A stretch of 64,000 nt of DNA, taken from Macrostomum hystrix. Taxonomy: Eukaryota; Animalia; Platyhelminthes. Positions 10,601 through 22,300 of the stretch are shown here, one piece after another; positions within the stretch are counted from its first letter, which is position 1; each line of letters begins with the position of its first letter. A program made the translations under genes and the position numbers. The DNA is taken from positions 4,587,650 to 4,651,649 of the forward strand of contig CATNEN010000008.1 of NCBI GenBank assembly GCA_950097015.1. Direction: 5' to 3'. Below the pieces are notes generated by a model, which saw nothing but the letters and a program-made list of their open reading frames with translations, was not told the origin of the DNA and ran no database searches.

Positions 10601-13600
10601 TAGGACTGAAAGACACTGAATCTTCAGGTTGATAGAAACTGAATCTTGAGGTTGTCAGAAACTGAATCTTGAGGTTGATAGAAACTGAATCTTGAGGTTG
10701 TCAGAAACTGAATCTTGAGGTTGACAGAAACTGAATCTTTAGGTTGACAGAAACTGAATCTTCAGGTTGACAGAAACTGAATCTTGAGGTTGATAGAAAC
10801 TGAATCTTCAGGTTGATAGAAACTGAATCTTGAGGTTGTCAGAAACTGAATCTTTAGGTTGATAGAAACTGAATCTTGAGGTTGTCAGAAACTGAATCTT
10901 CAGGTTGATAGAAACTGAATCTTGAGGTTGACAGAAACTGAATCTTCAGGTTGATAGAAACTGAATCTTGAGGTTGTCAGAAACTGAATCTTCAGGTTGA
11001 TAGAAACTGAATCTTGAGGTTGACAGAAACTGAATCTTTAGGTTGATAGAAACTGAATCTTCAGGTTGACAGAAACTGAATCTTTAGGTTGATAGAAACT
11101 GAATCTTCAGGTTGATAGAAACTGAATCTTCAGGTTGACAGAAACTGAATCTTTAGGTTGATAGAAACTGAATCTTCAGGTTGATAGAAACTGAATCTTC
11201 AGGTTGACAGAAACTGAATCTTGAGGTTGTCAGAAACTGAATCTTCAGGTTGATAGAAACTGAATCTTGAGGTTATCAGAAACTGAATCTTCAGGTTGAT
11301 AGAAACTGAATCTTGAGGTTGTCAGAAACTGAATCTTCAGGTTGATAGAAACTGAATCTTGAGGTTGTCAGAAACTGAATCTTCAGGTTGATAGAAAGTG
11401 AATCTTGAGGTTGTCAGAAACTGAATCTTCAGGTTGATAGAAACTGAATCTTGAGGTTGACAGAAACTGAATCTTCAGGTTGATAGAAACTGAATCTTGA
11501 GGTTGATAGAAACTGAATCTTCAGGTTGATAGAAACTGAATCTTGAGGTTGATAGAAACTGAATCTTGAGGTTGTCAGAAACTGAATCTTCAGGTTGATA
11601 GAAACTGAATCTTGAGGTTGATAGAAACTGAATCTTGAGGTTGATAGAAACTGAATCTTGAGGTTGTCAGAAACTGAATCTTGAGGTTGACAGAAACTGA
11701 ATCTTTAGGTTGACAGAAACTGAATCTTCAGGTTGACAGAAAATGAATCTTGAGGTTGATAGAAACTGAATCTTGAGGTTGATACAAACTGAATCTTGAG
11801 GTTGATAGAAACTGAATCTTGAGGTTGATAGAAACTGAATCTTGAGGTTGATAGAAACTGAATCTTGAGGTTGTCAGAAACTGAATCTTCAGGTTGATAG
11901 AAACTGAATCTTGAGGTTGACAGAAACTGAATCTTCAGGTTGATAGAAAGTGAATCTTGAGGTTGATAGAAACTGAATCTTCAGGTTGATAGAAACTGAA
12001 TCTTGAGGTTGTCAGAAACTGAATCTTCAGGTTGATAGAAAGTGAATCTTGAGGTTGTCAGAAACTGAATCTTCAGGTTGATAGAAACTGAATCTTGAGG
12101 TTGACAGAAACTGAATCTTCAGGTTGATAGAAACTGAATCTTGAGGTTGATAGAAACTGAATCTTCAGGTTGATAGAAACTGAATCTTGAGGTTGATAGA
12201 AACTGAATCTTGAGGTTGTCAGAAACTGAATCTTGAGGTTGATAGAAACTGAATCTTGAGGTTGATAGAAACTGAATCTTGAGGTTGTCAGAAACTGAAT
12301 CTTGAGGTTGACAGAAACTGAATCTTTAGGTTGACAGAAACTGAATCTTCAGGTTGACAGAAACTGAATCTTGAGGTTGATAGAAACTGAATCTTGAGGT
12401 TGATAGAAACTGAATCTTGAGGTTGTCAGAAACTGAATCTTCAGGTTGATAGAAACTGAATCTTGAGGTTGACAGAAACTGAATCTTCAGGTTGATAGAA
12501 ACTGAATCTTGAGGTTGATAGAAACTGAATCTTCAGGTTGATAGAAACTGAATCTTCAGGTTGACAGAAACTGAATCTTCAGGTTGATAGAAACTGAATC
12601 TTCAGGTTGATAGAAACTGAATCTTCAGGTTGATAGAAACTGAATCTTCAGGTTGATAGAAACTGAATCTTCAGGTTGATAGAAACTGAATCTTCAGGTT
12701 GATAGAAACTGAATCTTCAGGTTGACAGAAACTGAATCTTCAGGTTGATAGAAACTGAATCTTGAGGTTGTCAGAAACTGAATCTTGAGGTTGACAGAAA
12801 CTGAATCTTCAGGTTGATAGAAACTGAATCTTCAGATTGACAGAAACTGAATCTTCAGGTTGACAGAAACTGAATCTTCAGGTTGATAGAAACTGAATCT
12901 TGAGGTTGTCAGAAACTGAATCTTCAGGTTGATAGAAACTGAATCTTGAGGTTGACAGAAACTGAATCTTGAGGTTGTCAGAAACTGAATCTTCAGGTTG
13001 ATAGAAACTGAATCTTGAGGTTGTCAGAAACTGAATCTTCAGGTTGACAGAAACTGAATCTTCAAGTTGACAGAAACTGAATCTTCAGGTTGATAGAAAC
13101 TGAATCTTCAGATTGACAGAAACTGAATCTTCAGGTTGACAGAAACTGAATCTTCAGGTTGACAGAAACTGAATCTTCAGGTTGATAGAAACTGAATCTT
13201 CAGGTTGACAGAAACTGAATCTTCAGGTTGATAGAAACTGAATCTTGAGGTTGTCAGAAACTGAATCTTCAGGTTGATAGAAACTGAATCTTGAGGTTGA
13301 CAGAAACTGAATCTTGAGGTTGTCAGAAACTGAATCTTTAGGTTGATAGAAACTGAATCTTGAGGTTGTCAGAAACTGAATCTTCAGGTTGACAGAAACT
13401 GAATCTTTAAGTTGACAGAAACTGAATCTTCAGGTTGACAGAAACTGAACTTGAAGCCCAACACCCGAGGCACTCACTCGTGCATAATCTTGACTCGTCT
13501 GTCGTGCAGATCTGCCCCGGAGCCTATGTCCAATGCGCCCAGCAGGGTAGCTTCGCCAGCTTTGCCGAAGATTCCATCAGGCACAGCAAGGAGGAACCGT

Positions 13601-13866
13601 TTTGCCACATTTGCCACTGTCCAGAAATTGTAGTCGGCCCATTCCACTGGACGACCCTCGGCTAAGCATTTGATAATTTTGCGCATCTGCAGTGGATTGC
13701 CAGGGCGTCGAAACAGGTCGCAAACTGCCACGCCATCGCGAGCAATGTGGACCAACAGGTCGCGAAGCGGAGCGGGCAGTGGGCCAGAGCCAAATGCCTG
13801 GCAAAGCGGTCGGCCGAATTTGATTCTAGGCGTTGCAGCTCGCATGGAACTGCCCCCCACTCTCGC
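4619..13866 (-). CDS. RhoGAP-domain protein, partial; exons 13866-13478, 5859-5694, 4781-4619; further exons not identified
   Basis: KFGRPL...LFRRPGN (arginine finger)...VANVAKRFLLAVPDGIF, spliced in phase 2 to VIVSQALAVQQLLALLFG...NSMSVEAVAKSV, then in phase 0 to VERASKVMELLI. All junctions are GT-AG and phase-consistent. The 5' acceptor at 13867-13868 is less certain, and the last exon ends at an open phase-1 donor. Confidence 0.85.
4872..5580. repeat. 30-31-bp minisatellite (GGTCATGTGACCTTGGAGATCATAGCTAGG)n in a RhoGAP intron
   Basis: Tandem periodicity, ~21 copies, with a short CTAGGGG-type run at 5240-5287. Confidence 0.95.
6730..7185. repeat. 22-23-bp minisatellite (AAAAGCGAATTGCGTTACTTGA / AAAAGCTACTTGCGTTACTTAG)n
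   Basis: Tandem periodicity with degenerate ends. Confidence 0.93.
7545..9910. repeat. Composite minisatellite of interspersed 25-bp and two 34-bp monomer types
   Basis: GATAAACAGTCTCAGAAACACACTC, GATAAACAGGATAAACAGTCTCAGAAACACACTC and GATAGACCCGACAAACATTGTCAGAAAGACACTC units. Confidence 0.95.
9925..10093. repeat. 42-bp tandem repeat, ~4 copies
   Basis: GATGTCTAAGCCCTAGTGGTTGGCAGTGAAGTGACAGGTGTG repeated. Confidence 0.92.
10612..13450. repeat. 23-bp minisatellite (AGAAACTGAATCTTSAGGTTGAT)n, ~120 copies
   Basis: Tandem periodicity; ends ~27 bp from the RhoGAP donor site. Confidence 0.97.
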
Positions 13867-16374
13867 CTGGCGCTCGCCAACACAGGAGAAAAGCGAGCGA
13901 ATTAGCGACATCCTTCTATTTGAGAGGCTGCCAAAACTGTTGGACTTGCAAATTTTTTGTCACAGTTCTTAAATAAAAATGTGTGGACGCCAAATTAGAA
14001 TAGTTGTCAAGACATAGGAAAGCTGAGAGTGAAAAATGTAATAGAAGTTCAACAGAACACATTAGATAAAAATTTATATGCTAAGTGTGTGACAATATAT
14101 ATATTTGAATGCCAAACAAATCATTTATAGCTTACCTAAAAAATCTACAATCTAGTTTCAAAGTCATAACTTTTAATCATCTATTGAAGTGCATAATCAC
14201 ACATAATAACTTGTTTCTGGTCCTCCTTCAGACTCACATTAGTTTTGCTAAGGGAATTTTTTTAATTTTCTTTTAATACAATACATAACAATGCATTTCA
14301 TAAACACAAAAAACCTGTCAATTAGCTTTATTTTCAATGAATAGATACCTTTGTATTTGTATAACACTAAGAAATCTGAATACAGATTATATAACTAAGA
14401 GTAATGACAAAGCAAGATTTGAAAAATTCGATAACTTAAGTAAAATGTGATACTAATAAAAAATTGGTCAAATTACTTATGAAATACATATATTCAGTTA
14501 AAAACTACAGTCCTACGTAGACTCTATCAATCCTGTTTAATAATAGAGTTCAATATTTAATTAAAAAACCACTGTTTCAATCTAGAATATAATAAAACTC
14601 AGAAACAAAATTAAGCAAAAAATTAAAGTATTAATGTTAAACATTTCTAGCATGCTTAATAGACAAAAGTATGATAGCCTATTCTAATAGCATATAAAAA
14701 CAAAAAAGTAACAAAAATATTCTATTGCAGGTGTTGGACTTTTTGAACAGTAAATGTGAAAATAGTCAAAAGTGTAGCCAGGTAGATAAAATAAAACGAA
14801 AATATGTTTAAATATTCTAAATAAAAAAATTTAAATACTATACTGCAGACTTGAATAAAATCTAAATGTAAATGAATTTATAGTAGTCTAAAGATTTAAG
14901 AAGTTGACAGGATGAATCACTTTTATTTTAAGCTTGTGGTTTAAATCATTCAGATAGTGTATATAAAAATCGTGATACAATTATGACACTAGTAATTTCA
15001 TTTCATTCAGACACTTCCATATAGCACGGTAAATCAAAATAAGGGAATGACAGTCATCTTAGAAACAAGGAAATTGTATTAGTCAAAAGAGTTGAGTTAA
15101 AAATTTAGGTTTTTATTTAATTAATTTACATGCTATAGTTTTAATGTTATCCACACTCACAGAAAAATATTTTGTCGTAGAAAGAAGGTAAAATTTTACT
15201 GCCTTTGTTTTATTACACTAAAGCCGGATATAAGGATCTCTTCTGTGCAACTTAACCTTTCAAAGAAGACATCGTAACCAATTTTGATGTTTACGTTGTT
15301 GCTATGTATTTAATTCTAATTCCCCGAAAAAAGCTTGTATTTATTAAATAAATGCTTACCAGTTACATTTTCTCATATTGCTTTTTTAAAGTGTGGCGAA
15401 GAGAATCGCGTTTTTGTGACGTTGAGAATGTGCATGCTGCCGAATCTAAAGAGTTGTTATATAATATGTGAATCAACTGCATCTTGAGCGTATGTTTATT
15501 GCTTATCCGTGTACGAAAATGGTTGTTTTTTGGGACGTAAGCGGACTGGATGGCAAGCTTGTATACAATTTTTGATAAAATTATCAACAGAAAGAAAAAC
15601 CTTGCACCTGAACATGTATTATAGCATGCAGCATCAATTAAAAATTATCTGATCAGCGTTTGACGTTCTATGTAAGTGTGGAACTTAAAATTAATGATAA
15701 AAATTGTTAAAATCACGCTATATAACTGCGTGAGTAGCCATAGCGCCCCCTTGAATTGCATTTTTTAGATGTCTATATGTATTAAGTGCAAATCGATTTT
15801 CGATTTCCAGCCCAGTTGCTAAGTTTATTTTACTTCTTTAATTGCTTCTATAGTGTCAGTCAGGACAACATTTTAATGCTAATATATAAAATTGCATGTC
15901 TATACTACTACATGTTTCCAACTTGCACCGAAAACAATTGCATCCTGTGGTTCGGATCGCTTCCCAACCGATTGTTTCCTGCCTTAGATGGATTTGTTTC
16001 CATTTGCATATTCAGATTAATTGCTAATTAGTTCGTCTAATTTCAGTCGTTGATCAGAGAGCCGCCCTGTAGAGTAATACTAGCCTCAGCTAATCAAATA
16101 CTCGTACATCAAACTGTAACAGGGTGTGAACTGTAAATAAGTGCCAATGTATAATGAACACGGTTGCCATGCAACGTGTGGTTGGTCGCCATGCAGGTGA
16201 AAGGTCTCCAGAGCCAAGTAATAACGACACCCTATAAGTTCACGTTTTAAAGGTAACACCATTATTGTATGCAGTTCGATCAGAGAGTTTACTGCCATAG
16301 GAAAAGTCTGACAATTATTGACTCGGTCAGAATAAAAAAAATAATAAAAAACCAAAAATATATTACCAAAAGTC

Positions 16375-19300
16375 ATGCCGCATTATACTGAAAAAATCTC
16401 AAATAGATCTAAAAGGCAATCGTTTGATTTGACTCAACAACTTGTGGTAATAATTTTGCTGCAACTATTCATCGTATTTACAGGTGAGTTCCAACTATTT
16501 CAGCCTGCAACATTCGTTGCTAACTAAATTTTTTGACGTTGTTGCCGTGAATTGGATAAAAAATATATTCATGTACAGATAAGATCCGCGGAAGGTTAAA
16601 ACTCCAAGAAGGCGAGATTCTAAGAAAAATAGACGCAAAGAAGGATAGACTCGAAGAAGGATAGACTCCAAGAAGGATAGACTCGAAGAAGGATAGACTC
16701 GAAGAAGGATAGACTCGAAGAAGGATAGACTCGAAGAAGGATAGACTCGAAGAAGGATAGACTCGAAGAAGGATAGACTCGAAGAAGGATAGACTCCAAG
16801 AAGGATAGAACTCAAAAAAGGATAGAACTCGAAGAAGGAAATAGACTCAAAGAAGGAAATAGACTCAAAGAAGGAAATAGACTCAAAGAAGGATAGAACT
16901 CAAAGAAGGATAGACTCAAAGAAGGATTGACTCAAAGAAGAATAGACTCCAAGAAGGATAGACTCAAAGAAGGATAGACTCAAAGAATAATAGACTCGAA
17001 GAAGGATAGACTCGAAGAAGGATAGACTCCAAGAAGGACACCCTCCAAGAAGGATAGAACTCAAAAAAGGATAGAACTCGAAGAAGGAAATAGACTCAAA
17101 GATGGAAATAGACTCAAAGAAGTGTAGAACTCAAAGAAGGATAGACTCAAAGAAGGATAGACTCAAAGAAGGATAGACTCAAAGAAGGATAGACTCAAAG
17201 AAGAATAGACTCCAAGAAGGATAGATTCAAAGAAGGATAGAACTCAAAGAAGGATAGACTCAAAGAAGGATAGAACTCAAAGAAGGATAGACTCAAAGAA
17301 GGATAGACTCAAAGAAGGATAGACTCAAAGAAGAATAGACTCCAAGAAGGATAGAACTCAAAGAAGGATAGACTCAAAGAAGGATAGACTCAAAGAAGGA
17401 TAGTCTCAAAGAAGAATAGACTCCAAGAAGGATAGACTCAAAGAAGGATAGACTCAAAGAAGGATAGACTCAAAGAAGGATAGACTCAAAGAAGGATTGA
17501 CTCAAAGAAGAATAGACTCCAAGAAGGATAGAACTCAAAGAAGGATAGACTCAAAGAAGGATAGACTCCAAGAAGGATAGACTCCAAGAAGGATAGATTC
17601 AAAGAAGGATAGATTCAAAGAAGGATAGACTCCAAGAAGGATAGAACTCCAAGAAGGATAGATTCAAAGAAGGATAGAACTCAAAGAAGGATAGACTCAA
17701 AGAAGGATAGACTCCAAGAAGGATAGACTCAAAGAAGGATAGACTCAAAGAAGGATAGACTCAAAGAAGGATAGAACTCAAAGAAGGATAGAACTCAAAG
17801 AAGGATAGAACTCAAAGAAGGATAGAACTCAAAGAAGGATAGACTCAAAGAAGGATAGACTCAAAGAAGGATAGACTCAAAGAAGGATAGAACTCAAAGA
17901 AGGATAGACTCAAAGAAGGATAGAACTCAAAGAAGGATAGACTCAAAGAAGGATTGACTCAAAGAAGAATAGACTCCAAGAAGGATAGACTCAAAGAAGG
18001 ATAGACTCAAAGAAGGATAGACTCCAAGAAGGATAGACTCGAAGAAGGATTGACTCAAAGAAGGATTGACTCAAAGAAGAATAGACTCAAAGAAGGATAG
18101 ACTCAAAGAAGGATAGACTCAAAGAAGGATAGATTCAAAGAAGGATAGAACTCAAAGAAGGATAGAACTCAAAGAAGGATAGAACTCAAAGAAGGATAGA
18201 TTCCAATGATAATGGGCTTCAATGAGGATGGACTACACGAGGCATAGACTCAAAGGAGGAACGCTTGAACTCTTTGAAGAAATAAATTCCGAAATGCGGC
18301 ATTCCAGGCGCTCACGGAGCCGAGTCCTCCGTGCTCATAACGGGTGCGTTCTACAATCGGCACTCGGCCACAATACCCAGTACCATTGAGATGCCTTTGA
18401 GCACGCGCAGCTGGCAGTTCGCCTGCCGTTGGACGCGACGAAACGCGAAAGAGAACACCCTGCTGGCCATACAGGCCCCGGTGAGTGGCCCCGGTTACTG
18501 CCCCGATGGCAGTAAAATCTATAGGTCCGAGAAGGTCACTGTGCTGTCTAAAATCCTACCGTTGTCTAACTTCGCCTATGCGGCCGTATTCGATTTTAAA
18601 ATATTTAAGTACCACAATTAGTCTAACAGGTAGCACTAGAGTCTAACAGGTAGCACTAGAGTCTAACAGGTAGCACTAGAGTCTAACAGGTAGCACTAGA
18701 GTCTAACAGGTAGCACTAGAGTCTAACAGGTAGCACTAGAGTCTAACAGGTAGCACTAGAGTCTAACAGGTAGCATCCAAGTCTAACAGGTAGCATCCAA
18801 GTCTAACAGGTAGCATCCAAGTCTAACAGGTAGCATCAAAGTCTAACAGGCAGCATCCAAGTCTAACAGGTAGCATCCAAGTCTAACAGGTAGCATCCAA
18901 GTCTAACAGGTAGCATCCAAGTCTAACAGGCAGCATCCAAGTCTAACAGGTAGCATCCAAGTCTAACAGGTAGCATCGAAGTCTAACAGGCAGCATCCAA
19001 GTCTAACAGGTTGCACTCAAGTCTAACAGGTAGCATCGAAGTCTAACAGGCAGCTAGGCTGCAGACTCGACGGGTGCAATAGGTGGCGCTCCTGCCTGAT
19101 CTAAAAGTAGATCTAATATTTTATCGGATTTATTCACAAATCGTTCAGCAAAGCCACCGCTCCATCCGTTTGGCAGACCCAGAGAACCCTGAACAACTGC
19201 CAGTTCAGCTCATCGAGCGGGCCGGCAGTTTGCACACCGTCCAACATTCAGTTTGCCACCGACACAGCTGGCCAGAACCAGGTCTACAATGTCAGCTGCC

Positions 19301-22300
19301 AGGAGGCTGGCAACACCCTCACCTGCTCCATCGACATCCGGGTTGAGTTCAATACGCGACACATCGGAAAATGGTCCTGCAATAGCCTCATGGATGAAAC
19401 TAACGATAGCATACTACTGCAGTACTACAGTGAGTAGGGTGCAATGCAGGGAACGCTTTGCTTTGCTTTCTAAAAACTTCAGGTTGAAAAACTTCAGGTT
19501 GAAAAACTTCAGGTTGAAAAACTTCAGGTTGAAAAACTACAGGTTGAAAAACTTCAGGTTGAAAAACTTCAGGTTGAAAAACTTCAGGTTGAAAAACTTC
19601 AGGTTGAAAAACTTCAGGTTGAAAAACTACAGGTTGAAAAATCTTTATTTGAAAATTTCTCTAAACATTTGAACAGTTAATATCGATTGCTATATTTAGA
19701 CTACCAATTTCCACAGAGGTACTTCCACAAAACAGTCTCGTCTTAGCTAGCTGGGATCCGATGATGTTTGAGAACAGCTCAAGCCAAAATGGCTCCCAAA
19801 CGAATCGATTCGAGTGCTTCACCAAGGAGCGAGTCATCCCGCCGGCAAGGCTGAGCTTCTACCTTGGCAGAATCGAACTCGGGACCAACCAGACGGTGTA
19901 TCCTGTTGACTTTTTGTCCGAAAATCAGCACTCCACACAGCTAAGCATGTTTGTGCTCAACCAGACAGGAGCTACGGCAACTCCACCGAGAAAGGATATG
20001 ACTTGTGAGTCTGAAATTTCATTTATCTAACATGATCCTAGCTATCTAACATGGCCCTAAATATCTAACATTGTCTTAAGTATCTAACATGATCCTAAGT
20101 ATCTAACGTGATCCTGAGTATCTAACATGATCCCAAGTATCTAACGTGATCCTGAGTATCTAACGTGATCCTAAGTATCTAACATGATCCTGAGTATCTA
20201 ACGTGATCCTGAGTATCTAACGTGATCCTAAGTATCTAACATGATCCTAAGTATCTAACGTGATCCTAAGTATCTAACATGATCCTAAGTATCTAACATG
20301 ATCCTAAGTATCTAACGTGATCCTGAGTATCTAACGTGATCCTGAGTATCTAACGTGATCCTAAGTATCTAACGTGATCCTAAGTATCTAACATGATCCT
20401 AAGTATCTAACGTGATCCTGAGTATCTAACATGATCCTAAATATCTAACATGATCCTAAGTATCTAACATTATGATCCTAAGTATCCAACGTGATCCTGA
20501 GTATCTAACATGATCCTAAGTATCTAACGTGATCCTAAGTATCTAACGTGATCCTGAGTATCTAACATGATCCTGAGTATCTAACGTGATCCTAAGTATC
20601 TAACGTGATCCTGAGTATCTAACATGATCCTAAATATCTAACATGATCCTAAATATCCAACACAATATTGACACTGAAACACGGTCCCACACATCAGTGA
20701 ATCAGCAGCTCCTGGCAACTAATCGAGTGCTCAATCTGAGACTTCGGCAAAACTATAGCGGCCTGACTCTGAGCTGCTCAGCTACCCAGGACCTGTCGGA
20801 CAGTTACGAGAAGGCCAGCAGTGCGATTGAAATTCTGTTTCCCAAAATCCCAACGGATGATGGTGAGAATTAAGCGTCTGCTCTGAATTTTTCTGTCTCA
20901 TATTTTGACTAAATTATAGCAAGCAATTACATTGAGTATCCAATGTCAACTTTTGGTAACTAACGTCAGCTTTTCCGAAAGAAAACCTGTAGATTGAAGA
21001 AATTGATGGACAATTGCATTTACTGTTTTCAACCAGATAAAAAAATATAATGACCCTTAAATTAATGTAGTTGCAGTCCGATTACACCTGAAGTATATAA
21101 ATACATACATACATAAATGCTAATAAGCAGGCACAGGTGTATCGTTTCCTTTCAAGTCTTATTCGCCTGGGCTGTATGCAGACATGAGAAAACATGCCAT
21201 GCATTTTTCGTTGCTAATGTAAACAAACACTTGGTTGCGTCGCAACGGCAGTGTGAAGAGGTAAGGAAAGATTTTCGATGGTCTAAAAGGAATGCTCCGG
21301 CTGAAGTTTATTGAGAGTTGGCCGTCCCGATCAAGTTGTGTCTTAACTTTCCTGTGAGTCTTGTTTCGTTAGAAGAAGCACCATGCGTTACACACTGATG
21401 TCACTGATGTGGCTTATGGCATTCTTATTAATTAGCCAACTGGGTAAGTAATGCTCAACAATTTCCAGTTCAACCTGTGAAATTAGACGCTGTAAAGTCT
21501 CCTATCTCAGCAGTGTGATTAGACGTTGTGAAGTCTCTAATCTCAGCAGTGTGATTAGACGCTGTAAAGTCTCCTATCTCAGCAGTGTGATTAGACGTTG
21601 TGAAGTCTCTAATCTCAGCAGTGTGATTCGACGTTGTGAAGTCTCTAATCTCAGCAGTGTGATTAGACGTTGTGAAGTCTCTAATCTCAGCAGTGTGATT
21701 AGACGTTGTGAAGTCTCTAATCTCAGCAGTGTGATTCGACGTTGTGAAGTCTCTAATCTCAGCAGTGTGATTCGACGCTGTGAATTCTCTAATCTCAGCA
21801 TTGTGATTAGACGTTGTGAAGTCTCTAATCTCAGCAGTGTGATTCGACGTTGTGAAGTCTCTAATCTCAGCAGTGTGATTAGACGTTGTGAAGTCTCTAA
21901 TCTCAGCAGTGTGATTCGACGTTGTGAAGTCTCTAATCTCAGCAGTGTGATTAGACGTTGTGAAGTCTCTAATCTCAGCAGTGTGATTCGACGTGAAATT
22001 TCGAGCTTATGAAGGAGAGTGTTGTTTAACGATATGAAATTTCGGGTTTGTGAAGCGGCCCCAATCGTTGCTCAGTATTGTATTGTAAATGGTCTCCAAC
22101 TGCAGATGAGATCATGGCGGAGCCGGTTCTAAGCATCGAAGGCATGTACGTCAGGAACTACCGAACCGCGCCAAACACCATCGAGATGCGTCACGACAGC
22201 CGGTGGAAGTTCGCGTGCTATTGGAACAGACGGAATGCTAGCCAGAATCCCCTATTGGCTATCAGTGTTCCGGTGAGCCAGTAGGGAGCAATTAGGACTC

